64,000 nt of DNA from Vicinamibacterales bacterium (GCA_963746535.1 CAVVBP010000007.1:752319-816318), one strand, 5' to 3'; shown: positions 46,748 to 58,372, counted from the first letter of the stretch. Notes: generated by a model from the letters alone, not told the origin. A program made the numbers and translations.

Positions 46748-47158
46748 ATGTCGAAGGAACTAGGATTCAACGTCGAACTGCCGCTTTCCTTCGAAGCTGC
46801 GGTGCCGCACGTGCGGGAGGCGCTCAAGCAGGAGGGATTCGGCGTGCTGACGGAGATCGACCTGCGTGCCGCGTTCCGGGAGAAGCTTGGCCGGGAGTTT
46901 CGCCCCTACATGATTCTCGGCGCGTGCAATCCGCCGCTCGCGTTCAGCGCGATCTCGGCTGACCCGTCAGTCGGACTGCTGCTGCCGTGCAACGTGACGG
47001 TCGAATGGCTCGCAGAAGGGCGTACCGGTGTCCGCCTGACCGATCCCGAGGCCCTGCTCAGCACGGTGGTGCTCCAGGGAGCTCCAGAACTGACATCGGT
47101 TGCGCGTGATGCGCGCGCGCGCATGGTACGGGTCGCCGAGTCGCTCGCGAAGCACTGA
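46748..47158 (+). CDS. DUF302-domain protein
   Basis: FEAAVPHVREALKQEGFGVLTEIDLRAAFREKLGREFRPYMILGACNPPLA matches the DUF302 pattern. Confidence 0.75.
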   Translation: MSKELGFNVELPLSFEAAVPHVREALKQEGFGVLTEIDLRAAFREKLGREFRPYMILGACNPPLAFSAISADPSVGLLLPCNVTVEWLAEGRTGVRLTDPEALLSTVVLQGAPELTSVARDARARMVRVAESLAKH

Positions 47159-47198
47159 CACTCAGCGACTACGGGTCGGCCTGCGGAAGGAGGCGCTC

Positions 47199-47717
47199 AT
47201 GACTAAACGGTTTCACACGGCAGCTGTCATTCAGATGCTGCTCGTCGCTCTGATCACCGTCACGCCCGCATTCGGACAAGGCAGACATGGGGGCCGGGGC
47301 ATGATGATGGGCGATCCTGCACATGCGGCCGACATGCAGCTGTTTCACCAGCTGTTCGAGCACCGAACGGAAATCAACCGGCAAGTGATTCTGCGAGAGG
47401 ACGGCATCGAAACCGTCACCGAATCGACGAACCCCGAGGTCACACGCCTGCTGCAGACGCACGTCGCGTCGATGCTGGCGAGGGTGAAGGAGGGACGACC
47501 GATTCATCAGCGCGATCCGCTGTTTGTGGAGCTGTTCAAGAACGCGGACCAGATCGAAGCCAGGCACGAGCTGACGGCCGGCGGCGTACGGGTCATCGAG
47601 ACGTCGAAGGACGCCTTCGTGGTCAAGCTGTTACACGCACATGCGGAGGTGGTCAGCGCGTTTCTCGCGAACGGCATGTCGGAGATGATGAAGAACCACC
47701 CGGTTCCGCCGCGCTAG
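47199..47717 (+). CDS. Secreted protein of unknown function
   Basis: RBS GGAAGGAGG. Signal peptide AAVIQMLLVALITVTPAFGQ. Confidence 0.65.
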   Translation: MTKRFHTAAVIQMLLVALITVTPAFGQGRHGGRGMMMGDPAHAADMQLFHQLFEHRTEINRQVILREDGIETVTESTNPEVTRLLQTHVASMLARVKEGRPIHQRDPLFVELFKNADQIEARHELTAGGVRVIETSKDAFVVKLLHAHAEVVSAFLANGMSEMMKNHPVPPR

Positions 47718-47821
47718 TAGTGAAACGCGCGGCCACCGAACGCGACCGGGCGCGACGATTCAACCGATTGCAGAGTTTCCGTCCGCAACATTAACCTCAG
47801 CGTCCCCATGTTTCCCGCGGC

Positions 47822-48454
47822 ATGGGCGTCCTGCCTGATAGACTCATGGCGTCGCACCCCAGTCCTGAGATGAGGAGAACATTCGTGGATTCTGACAACT
47901 TGGTCCACTCCGCGCGGTCGCTCGAAAATGCGTTTTTCGACAAGGAGAATACCCGGCTTCTGAAAGAGATGCGCGAGCGGGCGCGCACCCAGGAACGGCG
48001 CGCGGCCATGCGCGAGGTCGTGCGCGTCGACGACGAGGCCTTGATCGATCACCTCATCGCGCTCGGACTCGAGCCGGAAACCGTGCTGGCGCTGCAACTC
48101 GTGCCGCTCGCCGCCATCGCCTGGGCCGACGGCCAGATGGAGCCGCGCGAGCGGAATGCGGTGCTGAAGGCCGCCGCTGCCCAGGGCGTGGCGCCCGACA
48201 GCGTTGCCGGGCGGATGCTCGACAAGTGGCTGGCGCAGCAGCCCGGCGCCGACCTCGTGGACGCGTGGAAGCGTCACATGCGGGCGCTTTGGCCGCTGCT
48301 CTCGCCGAAGGAACGGAGCGACATCCGCGCGTCGGCGCTCGATCGTGCGCGCAGCGTCGCGGAAGCGGCCGGCGGCTTCCTCGGCCTCACCTCCAAGATT
48401 TCCGCCCAGGAGCAGGCGGTTGTAGACGAGTTGTCAAAGACGCTTGCCGATTGA
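47822..48454 (+). CDS. TerB-like (tellurite-resistance/DjlA N-domain-like) protein
   Basis: LVPLAAIAWADGQMEPRERNAVLKAA is the characteristic TerB-type A.ADG....E motif. Start codon uncertain. Confidence 0.55.
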   Translation: MGVLPDRLMASHPSPEMRRTFVDSDNLVHSARSLENAFFDKENTRLLKEMRERARTQERRAAMREVVRVDDEALIDHLIALGLEPETVLALQLVPLAAIAWADGQMEPRERNAVLKAAAAQGVAPDSVAGRMLDKWLAQQPGADLVDAWKRHMRALWPLLSPKERSDIRASALDRARSVAEAAGGFLGLTSKISAQEQAVVDELSKTLAD

Positions 48455-48541
48455 GCGAGCCGTCGCGAGTGTTCGACGCCGGCTGTTCAAGTGGGAACAG
48501 GCCCGGATGCCCTTACGCAATACAGTTAACGATGGGGCTTC

Positions 48542-50353
48542 ATGGATGACACGTCAAACACCTTGAAACCGTGGGTGATATTCGCCGGTTGTGTACTCGT
48601 CATTGTCGTCCTCTATTGGGCGCAGGCCGTGCTCGTGCCGATCGCACTCGCCGTGCTGCTCACGTTCGTCCTCACACCTCCTGTCACCTGGCTTCAGCGT
48701 TGGCTCGGCCGCGTCCCGGCTGTCCTCGCGGCGGTCACGCTCGTGTTCATCGTTCTCGGTCTCGCCGGTTGGGGTCTCGCGCGACAGATGAATCATCTGG
48801 CCGACGACCTCCCCACCTATCGCGTCAATATCCTGGCGAAGATCGCGGACGTCCGCGGAGTAGGGAAGGGAGGATCGGTCGAGAAGCTTCAGGAGACGAT
48901 CGAAGGGATCAAGACCGATCTTGGACAATCGAGCGCGCCGACCGGAAGGGCCTCGCGGGCTGTTGTGTTCACGTCCGAGCCGGTCGGGGGTTTCTCGGGC
49001 TTCTCGTGGCTTGGTCCGATCGTCGGCCCCGTGGGGACCGCCGGGCTGGTGCTGGCGATGGTGATCTTCATGCTGCTCGAACGGCGGGATCTGCGCGATC
49101 GGCTGATTGGTCTGTTCGGCCTCGGTCAGTTGACGCTCACGACGAAGGCGTTCGATGAGGCAGGCACGCGTGTCAGCCGTCAGCTGCTGATGCAGTCGCT
49201 GGTCAATCTGGTCTATGGCATCGCCGCCGGGCTGGGGCTCTACCTCCTCGGCGTGCCGTACCCGTTGGTTTGGTCGACACTTGGCGCGGCACTTCGATTC
49301 ATCCCGTATGTCGGACCCGTGATCGGGGCCGGTGCGCCGATCCTGGTCAGCCTTGCGGCCCTCCCGGGGTGGGCCGGTCCGCTCTGGGTGGTGGGCATGT
49401 TCGTCGCGCTCGAGCTGTTCACGAATCTCGTGCTCGAAACCGTCCTTTATGCAGGGGCGGCGGGAGTCTCCCAGGTCGCGTTGCTCGTATCCGTGGCCTT
49501 CTGGACCTGGTTATGGGGCCCGCTCGGTCTGCTCATGGCGACACCGCTGACGGTGTGTCTCGTCGTACTCGGGAAGCACGTACCGGGTCTCGAGTTCGTC
49601 GGGATGTTGATGGCCGACACCCCCGCGCTCGCCCCAGAGTATGGCTACTATCAGCGATTGTTGGCCCACGACCAAAGCGAGGCAGCCGACCTCATTGAGC
49701 GGCACGTCAAGACGGAGGTCCCGCGCTCGGTCTACGACGCCTTGCTGCTGCCGGCGCTCAACTATGCTGAGCGCGACCGCCTCGAGCAACGGTTATCGCC
49801 GGATGAAGAAACTGCGGTCATCGATGCGACGCGAGAACTCCTGTCCGACGCGGCGGAGTCGATCCGGCGTCTCCAGCCGGCGCCGTCAGCGCCTGATGAT
49901 CCGGCACTTCCCACGCCACGGGAACCGCTGCGCGTGATGGGCCTGGCCACCAATGGCACCGCTGACGAGCTTGCGTTGCAGATGCTCGGCCACGTGCTCG
50001 ACGATCTGCCAATCGTCGTGGAGATCGCCAAGGGGCGCATGCTCGCCTCGGAACTGGTGACGCTGGTACAAGCGCAAGGGGTCTCGGTCATCTGCTTCGC
50101 CGATCTACCGCCCAGCCCTCCGTCCAAGACGCGCTATCTGGTTAAGAAGCTCCACGCCGCGATGCCGGAGGTGCGAATCCTCGTTGGGCGCTGGGCTCCG
50201 CAGGCGTTGGCGGACGACAGCACGCAGCAGCTGCGGGACGCGGGCGCGACGCTCGTGGCCTCGACGCTTGCCGAGACCCGGACTTACCTGGGCGCGCTGG
50301 TCGAGATTCCACGTGTCCCGGTTCCGGAGACCAGCAGCGTCCACGCGGCCTGA
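48542..50353 (+). CDS. AI-2E family transporter fused to a cytoplasmic C-terminal domain of about 230 aa
   Basis: N-terminal 370 aa are multi-TM with AI-2E-like ...LVLETVLYAGAAGVSQVALLVSVAFWTWLWGPLGLLMATPLTVCLVVLG. The C-terminal soluble part has the alpha/beta pattern LRVMGLATNGTADELALQMLG...VSVICFADLP. Confidence 0.75.
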   Translation: MDDTSNTLKPWVIFAGCVLVIVVLYWAQAVLVPIALAVLLTFVLTPPVTWLQRWLGRVPAVLAAVTLVFIVLGLAGWGLARQMNHLADDLPTYRVNILAKIADVRGVGKGGSVEKLQETIEGIKTDLGQSSAPTGRASRAVVFTSEPVGGFSGFSWLGPIVGPVGTAGLVLAMVIFMLLERRDLRDRLIGLFGLGQLTLTTKAFDEAGTRVSRQLLMQSLVNLVYGIAAGLGLYLLGVPYPLVWSTLGAALRFIPYVGPVIGAGAPILVSLAALPGWAGPLWVVGMFVALELFTNLVLETVLYAGAAGVSQVALLVSVAFWTWLWGPLGLLMATPLTVCLVVLGKHVPGLEFVGMLMADTPALAPEYGYYQRLLAHDQSEAADLIERHVKTEVPRSVYDALLLPALNYAERDRLEQRLSPDEETAVIDATRELLSDAAESIRRLQPAPSAPDDPALPTPREPLRVMGLATNGTADELALQMLGHVLDDLPIVVEIAKGRMLASELVTLVQAQGVSVICFADLPPSPPSKTRYLVKKLHAAMPEVRILVGRWAPQALADDSTQQLRDAGATLVASTLAETRTYLGALVEIPRVPVPETSSVHAA

Positions 50354-50362
50354 CGCGATAAG

Positions 50363-51631
50363 ATGGCGGCACCCATGCCGACACTTGCCATCGCGATCTT
50401 CGTCGCCGTGTTCGCCATCGCGACGTTCCGCAACATTCATCTCGGCGTCCTGATGCTGCCCGCCGCCGTCGTCGTTGGCGTCTGGCTGGCGGGCATGCCG
50501 CTTCGGGACATCCTGGCGGGATTTCCCGTCAACATCCTGGTCCTTGTCGGGGGCGTCACCTACTTCTTCGGCATCGCCCAGGGCAACGGCACCATCGACG
50601 GCGCTATTCAGAAACTGATCGCGGCAGTCGGCGACCGGCGCGCGCTGCTGCCATTTCTGATCTTCCTGATTACGGCCGGTGTTGCGTCGATGGGCTCGTC
50701 GCAGGCGGGGTACGTCATGATCCCGCTCGCGATGGCCGCTGCGAGGCGCTCGGCTATGGATCCCATGTTGATGGGCGTTGCGCTCAACTCTGGCATGAGT
50801 ACGGGCGGGTTTGCGCCAACCAGCCTGTTCGGCATCGTCACGGTCACCACAGCCCGTCAGGCCGGCATCGATCTCAATCCGCTTACGCTTCTGGCCGCAG
50901 CGCTTATTTCGAACCTGGCATTGCTTTTTGTCGCCGTATGGATGTTCCCGGGCCAGGGCGTCGCCACCGTACCTCGAAACTCCGCAATCGAGCCGGCGGC
51001 AACGGTCGCACCTTCACGATTCGCCTCACATCAGGTCGTGACGCTCATCTGCATCGTCGGTCTGGTTCTCTCTGTCGTCACTGGCTTCTCGCTGGGATAC
51101 CAGCCGGATCTCGGCGTGATCGCATTCGGGTTGGGCGCCGTGCTCGCACTGATGTACCCGAAAGCGGGGGCCGAAGGCATTCGCAGGATCGATTGGTCGA
51201 CGATCTTCATGGTTGGAGGGATCGTGACGTTCGTGGGTGTCTTGCAGCGAATGGACGCGGTCAATTTGCTCGGGCACGCGGCGATGAACGTCGGCACGCC
51301 GCTCGTGGCCGCGTTCGTGGTCTGCATGATCGCCGGGCTGGTCTCGGCGTTTGCGTCGACCGCGGGGATCCTTGCGGCGCTCGTGCCGATGGCCGTGCCG
51401 CTGGCCACGTCAGGTGGTGTGGCCGGGTGGGCCTTGCTGTGCGCGATGGGCGTGTGTGCGTCGATCGTCGACGCCTCACCATTCTCGACGACGGGTGCGC
51501 TGATCGTCGCGGCGTCCCCCGAGGAAGAACGGCCGCGGTTGAGGTCGCTGTTGACGCGATGGGGACTGTCGATGGTAATTGTCGGGCCTGTTGCCGCGGT
51601 AATTGTGCTACTGCTGCTCGGACGTTCCTGA
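50363..51631 (+). CDS. ArsB/NhaD-superfamily (CitMHS/SLC13-like) anion permease
   Basis: About 12 TM segments. LPFLIFLITAGVASMGSSQAGYVMIPLAMA resembles this superfamily. Confidence 0.7.
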   Translation: MAAPMPTLAIAIFVAVFAIATFRNIHLGVLMLPAAVVVGVWLAGMPLRDILAGFPVNILVLVGGVTYFFGIAQGNGTIDGAIQKLIAAVGDRRALLPFLIFLITAGVASMGSSQAGYVMIPLAMAAARRSAMDPMLMGVALNSGMSTGGFAPTSLFGIVTVTTARQAGIDLNPLTLLAAALISNLALLFVAVWMFPGQGVATVPRNSAIEPAATVAPSRFASHQVVTLICIVGLVLSVVTGFSLGYQPDLGVIAFGLGAVLALMYPKAGAEGIRRIDWSTIFMVGGIVTFVGVLQRMDAVNLLGHAAMNVGTPLVAAFVVCMIAGLVSAFASTAGILAALVPMAVPLATSGGVAGWALLCAMGVCASIVDASPFSTTGALIVAASPEEERPRLRSLLTRWGLSMVIVGPVAAVIVLLLLGRS

Positions 51632-51668
51632 AATGCGCGCCCATGATTTTCGGGCTGGAGGATTCTTC

Positions 51669-53030
51669 ATGTCTGTCGCCGCCACACTCGAACAAATCGC
51701 ACTCAGCTTCACCGGTCGGCTGCTCCGGCCGGCCGACGCCGGTTATGACGAAGCGCGTCGCGTGCACAACGGGCTCGTCGACAAGCGTCCGGCGCTCATC
51801 GCGCGCTGCCATGGAACGGCGGACGTCGCGGATGCCGTGAGGCTCGCGAGATCGCTCAACCTCGAAGTCGCCGTGCGCGGCGGCGGCCACAACGTCGGCG
51901 GCCGCGGAACGATCGACGACGGACTGATGATCGATCTCGCGCCGATGAAGGGGATGTATGTCGATCCGTCTGCGCGCCGAGCACGCGCGCAGGGCGGCGT
52001 ATTGTGGAAGGAGCTCAATCGCGAAACGCAGCTCCACGGCCTGGCGACGACCGGTGGCGTCGTCGGCACCACGGGCATCGCGGGCCTGACGCTCGGCGGC
52101 GGGCTCGGCTGGCTGATGCCGAAGTACGGGCTGGCGCTCGACAATCTGCGATCGGCCGAAATGGTGATGGCGGATGGGACGGTGCGCCGCGCGAGCGCAG
52201 ACGAGAACCCGGATCTGTTCTGGGCCATTCGCGGCGGCGGCGGCAACTTCGGCATCGCGGCGTCGCTCGAATACGAGCTGCATCCGGTCGGTCCGATTGT
52301 CACCGGTGGCCTCGTCGCCCACCCGCTGCAGAACGGCCGCGACGTCCTGAAGTTCTTCCGCGACAGCTGCGCGTCCCTGCCGGACGAGATGATGCTCGTC
52401 GCCGGACTTCTGACGGCGCCCGACGGCTCCGGAGCCAAGCTGACCGGCATCGTGGCGAGCCACTGCGGTCCACTCGCGGACGGCGAGGCCGCGGTACGGC
52501 CCCTCAAGGCGTTCGGCCCGCCGGTGATGGACGCGATGGGACCGATCCCGTACTGCGCGCTGAACGGCTTGTTCGATCCAGGGCTGCCGAAAGGCGCGCT
52601 CAACTACTGGAAGGCGCACTTCCTTACCGACCTGAGCGACGCGTGCATCGCGACGCTCGTCGAGCGATTTGCGGCGACGCCGTCGCCGATGACGCAAGTC
52701 GTTATCGAGCACTTCCACGGCGCGGCTAGCCGGGTGCCTGTCGCCGACACGGCGTGCGCGATGCGAATCACCGGCTTCAACGTCGTCCTGATAAGTCAAT
52801 GGACGGAGCCGGCGGACACCGAGAAGAACATCAGCTGGTGCCGCGAGACGTACGACGCGCTCCGGCCGTATCTCGGCACGTTCCGGTATCTGAACTATCT
52901 CGACGCCGATGAGGCCGGCGACCCTGCCGCTATCGCGTACGGCCCGAACTACGCGCGGTTGCGTGAGCTCAAGACGAAATACGATCCGGACAACTTCTTC
53001 CATGTGAATGTAAACATCCGTCCACGCTGA
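51669..53030 (+). CDS. FAD-linked oxidase with berberine-bridge-enzyme-like C-terminus
   Basis: VAVRGGGHNVGG, GGVVGTTGIAGLTLGGGLGWL, NPDLFWAIRGGGGNFGI and C-terminal YGPNYARLRELKTKYDPDNFFHVNVNI. Confidence 0.85.
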   Translation: MSVAATLEQIALSFTGRLLRPADAGYDEARRVHNGLVDKRPALIARCHGTADVADAVRLARSLNLEVAVRGGGHNVGGRGTIDDGLMIDLAPMKGMYVDPSARRARAQGGVLWKELNRETQLHGLATTGGVVGTTGIAGLTLGGGLGWLMPKYGLALDNLRSAEMVMADGTVRRASADENPDLFWAIRGGGGNFGIAASLEYELHPVGPIVTGGLVAHPLQNGRDVLKFFRDSCASLPDEMMLVAGLLTAPDGSGAKLTGIVASHCGPLADGEAAVRPLKAFGPPVMDAMGPIPYCALNGLFDPGLPKGALNYWKAHFLTDLSDACIATLVERFAATPSPMTQVVIEHFHGAASRVPVADTACAMRITGFNVVLISQWTEPADTEKNISWCRETYDALRPYLGTFRYLNYLDADEAGDPAAIAYGPNYARLRELKTKYDPDNFFHVNVNIRPR

Positions 53031-53151
53031 GGGCTGCGTCGGCAACCAAGGGATATTTGTCGTCTCGGGCGGCGTGGCCGGGTGGGCATTGATGGGCGCG
53101 ACAGGAAACAGCAGGACGCGCTTCATCATTGAAGCGCGCCCTGCTCAAGAC

Positions 53152-55386
<2,235 letters not shown>

Positions 55387-55559
55387 CTACGAACAACGAC
55401 ATCGCCGTTCTTGGCACCGGATGCACCATGAACGGTTCGTTTTTCAGGAACGGGAGCGCAACGCGCGTGCCAACGCGATTCTTCGTGTTTTAGGCGGAAA
55501 GTACCTGAAATCGATCTGATCAACGGCGGGGGCCGAGAGATAATCCGCAGGCGGCACGA

Positions 55560-55588
55560 ACTATCGCGCACGCTGCGTATGCGATAGT
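55560..55588. promoter_or_regulatory. Inverted repeat in the katG / PQQ-dehydrogenase divergent intergenic region
   Basis: ACTATCGC (55560-55567) - N13 - GCGATAGT (55581-55588), 22 nt upstream of ATG 55610. Confidence 0.25.
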
Positions 55589-55609
55589 AACGTCTGCCTT
55601 GGAGGCGCT

Positions 55610-57433
55610 ATGAGAACCCTTATTGCCGCCCTCGTGTGCGGTGTGATCGTGTTAGTGACCTTGATTGCCCAGGATGGACCGGAGACCGTGTTGCGCGGGA
55701 CGAAGCAGTTCCGCCAGAGCGAGGTAGTGACGGGGCTGGCCGGGCCATATGAGGTGACGTGGGGCCCGGACAATATGCTCTGGGTTACGGAGCGTACGGG
55801 CAAGCGGATCACTCGCGTGAATCCGGCGACGGGCGAGCAGAAGGTCGCGATCACGATCGACGAAGTGCTCGCGCCGGGAGGACAGGACGGGCTCATGGGG
55901 CTGGCGCTCGACCTGGCCAACAACGTCGTCTACACGGGATATACGTACACCGATCGGAGTCTGCCGCCTCACGTGACGGTGGCGAATCCCGAGAGCCCGT
56001 ATCGTTATCTCTACACCAAGATCGTCCGCCTCACCTACGATCGGGCGACGGAAACGCTCAGCAATCCCGTCACGCTGATCGCGGGCATGCCCGCGGGCAA
56101 CGACCATCAGGCCGGGCGGATGAAGATCGGTCCGGATCGCAAGCTGTACTACACCATCGGCGACCAGGGGAACGATCAGCTCGGCAACTACTGCATTCCG
56201 ATCGAAGCCCAGCGGCTGCCGACGCAGGCGGAGATCCAGGCGAAGCACTACGCCGCGTACGTGGGGAAGTCGCTGCGGCTGAATCTCGACGGCTCGATTC
56301 CGAACGACAATCCGGAGATTGCAGGCGTGCGGAGCCACGTCTTTACGTACGGCCATCGCAACCCGCAGGGCATCGATTTCGGCCCGGATGGCACGTTGTA
56401 CGAGTCCGAGCACGGTCCGAAGACAGACGACGAGGTCAACATTCTCAAGGCGGGCGCGAATTACGGGTGGCCGCATGTGGCCGGACTGAAGGACGGCAAG
56501 GCGTACGAGTACGCCCGATGGGCGGAGTCGACGACGCCGTGCGCGCAGCTCAAGTTCAGCGACCTGGCGATTGCCCCCACGGTGCCGCGCGAGCCGGAGT
56601 CCGCGTTCACCAGGCCCTTTAACGAGCCGATCGCGACGATGTTTACGGTGCCGACGGGGTACAACTTCAGCGATCCGGTGTGCAAGGGCATCGACTACAT
56701 CTGCTGGCCGACGGTGGGCGTGTCGAGCGTCGAATTCTACGGGTCTCCCCGCACTAGCGGCATCCCCGGTTGGGACAAAGCGTTGCTGTTGACGACGCTG
56801 AAGCGCGGGTCGCTTTACGTGGTGGCGCTCAGCGCCGATGGGCAGCGCGTGCAGGGAAAGTTTTCACGCTACTTCCAATCCGACAACCGCTATCGCGATA
56901 CCGCCGTCAGCCCCGACGGCAAGACGATCTACATCGCGACCGATCCAGCGGGCCTGGCCGAGGCGACCGCGGGCGGCACCACGCGCACGATGACCAACAA
57001 GGGATCGATCCTCGCGTTCACGTACGTGGGGGAAGGGACGGGTGCGCCCATCGAACCTCAACGCACCACGACCGTGGCGCCGGCGGGTCCGGCCAAACCG
57101 GCGCCGGCGGTGGCGGGCGCCGCTCCGCAATATACGGCCGCGCAGGCCGCCGCGGGCAAGACGGCATTCGAGGCCGATTGCGCGGTGTGCCACGGGAATA
57201 CGTTGACGAACGGCACGATGGCGCCGCCGCTCGCGGGCGAGTCGTTCCACGCCGTGTGGGCAGGGCAGTCCGTCCGCACGCTGTTCGACAGTGCGAAGGC
57301 GATGCCCCCGGCAAATCCTGGTTCGCTCCCGGACGCAGCCTATTCGAGCATCCTTGCCTACATCCTTCAGGTGAACGGTTATCCAGCGGGCGAGACGCCA
57401 TTCACGACAGGAGATGGTACGGCGCTGCGTTAA
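55610..57433 (+). CDS. PQQ-dependent soluble sugar (glucose/sorbosone) dehydrogenase fused to a C-terminal cytochrome c domain
   Basis: GLAGPYEVTWGPDNMLWVTERTGKRI, GGQDGLMGLALD, HQAGRMKIGPDRKLYYTIGDQG and YGHRNPQGIDFGPDG, then CAVCH in the last approximately 90 aa. Confidence 0.85.
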   Translation: MRTLIAALVCGVIVLVTLIAQDGPETVLRGTKQFRQSEVVTGLAGPYEVTWGPDNMLWVTERTGKRITRVNPATGEQKVAITIDEVLAPGGQDGLMGLALDLANNVVYTGYTYTDRSLPPHVTVANPESPYRYLYTKIVRLTYDRATETLSNPVTLIAGMPAGNDHQAGRMKIGPDRKLYYTIGDQGNDQLGNYCIPIEAQRLPTQAEIQAKHYAAYVGKSLRLNLDGSIPNDNPEIAGVRSHVFTYGHRNPQGIDFGPDGTLYESEHGPKTDDEVNILKAGANYGWPHVAGLKDGKAYEYARWAESTTPCAQLKFSDLAIAPTVPREPESAFTRPFNEPIATMFTVPTGYNFSDPVCKGIDYICWPTVGVSSVEFYGSPRTSGIPGWDKALLLTTLKRGSLYVVALSADGQRVQGKFSRYFQSDNRYRDTAVSPDGKTIYIATDPAGLAEATAGGTTRTMTNKGSILAFTYVGEGTGAPIEPQRTTTVAPAGPAKPAPAVAGAAPQYTAAQAAAGKTAFEADCAVCHGNTLTNGTMAPPLAGESFHAVWAGQSVRTLFDSAKAMPPANPGSLPDAAYSSILAYILQVNGYPAGETPFTTGDGTALR

Positions 57434-57702
57434 TACGAAAACGCGTCTCCTGAACTCGACCGTACGATTCTTGTAACCCCGGTCCCAGAAATAAGCACCG
57501 GGCGCTTCAGCGTGATGCGACATCACAGGTTGAGGTCTCAAAACCGTGACGCTGCGGCGACGGTGCGACAACCTAAATATGGTGTACGTGCGGCCTTGCG
57601 ATACTAAATCCCGCTCGGAAGTCTGCCTCGTAGATGACTTGTCTGGCCCTTCCAGCCGGTGCGACGCCTCCGGTATGGCAGCGGCGTGGGGCGTGCGGCG
57701 GC

Positions 57703-57717
57703 GGCATTCACCTTGCT
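57703..57717 (+). promoter_or_regulatory. Candidate sigma54 promoter immediately upstream of the receiver-domain gene
   Basis: GGCATTCACCTTGCT: GGCA...TTGCT with GG-N10-GC spacing. The GC lies only 14 nt before ATG 57730, implying an almost leaderless mRNA. Confidence 0.3.
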
Positions 57718-57729
57718 CCCTGCTGAGGC

Positions 57730-58092
57730 ATGAAGACTACAAAACGCCGCGTACTCGTCGTTGCACCGCATGCGGAGGTTGCCGACACCGTTGTCGGCTG
57801 GCTGACGTCGCAGGGGCACGAGGCATCGCTCGTCAAGGACTTCGTCAGCGCGCGCTCGGAGTTCGACGCGAATCCACCCGATCTTCTTGTCACGGAAGTC
57901 AGGCTTGGCGAATTCAACGGGCTCCAGCTGGCGATTCGTGCGCATGTACACTCGCCCACGATTTCGACAATCGTGATTGGGGATGACGACATCGTCCTGG
58001 AGCGGGATGCGCTCGCGCAACAGGCGCGATATGTGAAGACGCCGGAGCTCTCGAGAGTCTTCTCGGAGACGGCGTGCGCTGCGTTCAGCTGA
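57730..58092 (+). CDS. Stand-alone receiver-like domain lacking the canonical acidic pocket (pseudo-receiver)
   Basis: CheY-like layout, but VLVVAPHAE replaces the DD pair and DLLVTEVRLGEFNG has Glu where the phospho-acceptor Asp is expected. The conserved Lys context (YVKTP) is retained. Confidence 0.6.
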   Translation: MKTTKRRVLVVAPHAEVADTVVGWLTSQGHEASLVKDFVSARSEFDANPPDLLVTEVRLGEFNGLQLAIRAHVHSPTISTIVIGDDDIVLERDALAQQARYVKTPELSRVFSETACAAFS

Positions 58093-58113
58093 CGCTTTAC
58101 TCGAGTTCAGAGC

Positions 58114-58191
58114 GCCAGCCGCCGAAGGTGGCACAGGGCTTCAGCCCTGTCGATCGGGCGGCTGGCGGACAGGACTAAAGTCCTGTGCCAC
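58114..58191 (+). other. Dense nested/alternative stem-loop element downstream of the receiver gene
   Basis: Outer stem GCCAGCCGCC (58114-58123) / GGCGGCTGGC (58157-58166). Hairpins ACAGGGC-TTCA-GCCCTGT (58133-58150) and ACAGGAC-TAAA-GTCCTGT (58169-58186). Competing 10-bp pairing GTGGCACAGG (58128-58137) / CCTGTGCCAC (58182-58191). Confidence 0.4.
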
Positions 58192-58198
58192 ATCACAG

Positions 58199-58223
58199 GC
58201 AGTTTTGAAACTGCTTCTACTTT
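58199..58223 (+). terminator. Rho-independent-terminator-like hairpin
   Basis: GCAGTT-TTGA-AACTGC followed by the T-rich TTCTACTTT. Confidence 0.4.
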
Positions 58224-58270
58224 CCGAGCGGCCCCAGAGGGCAGTCACCGGGCCTGGCCTCGGGCGCCTT

Positions 58271-58282
58271 GGGAAATTTCCC
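58271..58282. promoter_or_regulatory. Perfect 12-bp palindrome GGGAAATTTCCC, candidate enhancer (UAS)
   Basis: Lies about 100 bp upstream of the consensus sigma54 promoter at 58373. Confidence 0.3.
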
Positions 58283-58372
58283 ACTCACTGCGAACTAGTC
58301 CTCCCCGCCAGTGCACCGTCGCCTCATTCGCGCGGAATCGGCCCTGCTTCGACGTAATTCGACGTCGGCACG

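Noticed and set aside
55412-55425. TGGCACCGGATGCA in the katG/PQQ-dehydrogenase intergenic region.
   Set aside because: The spacing is two nucleotides too short for a -24/-12 promoter.
58114-58191. Considered whether the stem-loop cluster is a tRNA or tmRNA-like gene.
   Set aside because: There is no T-loop (GTTCRANYC), no acceptor/anticodon arrangement and no CCA context. The stems are better explained as regulatory or repeat structure.
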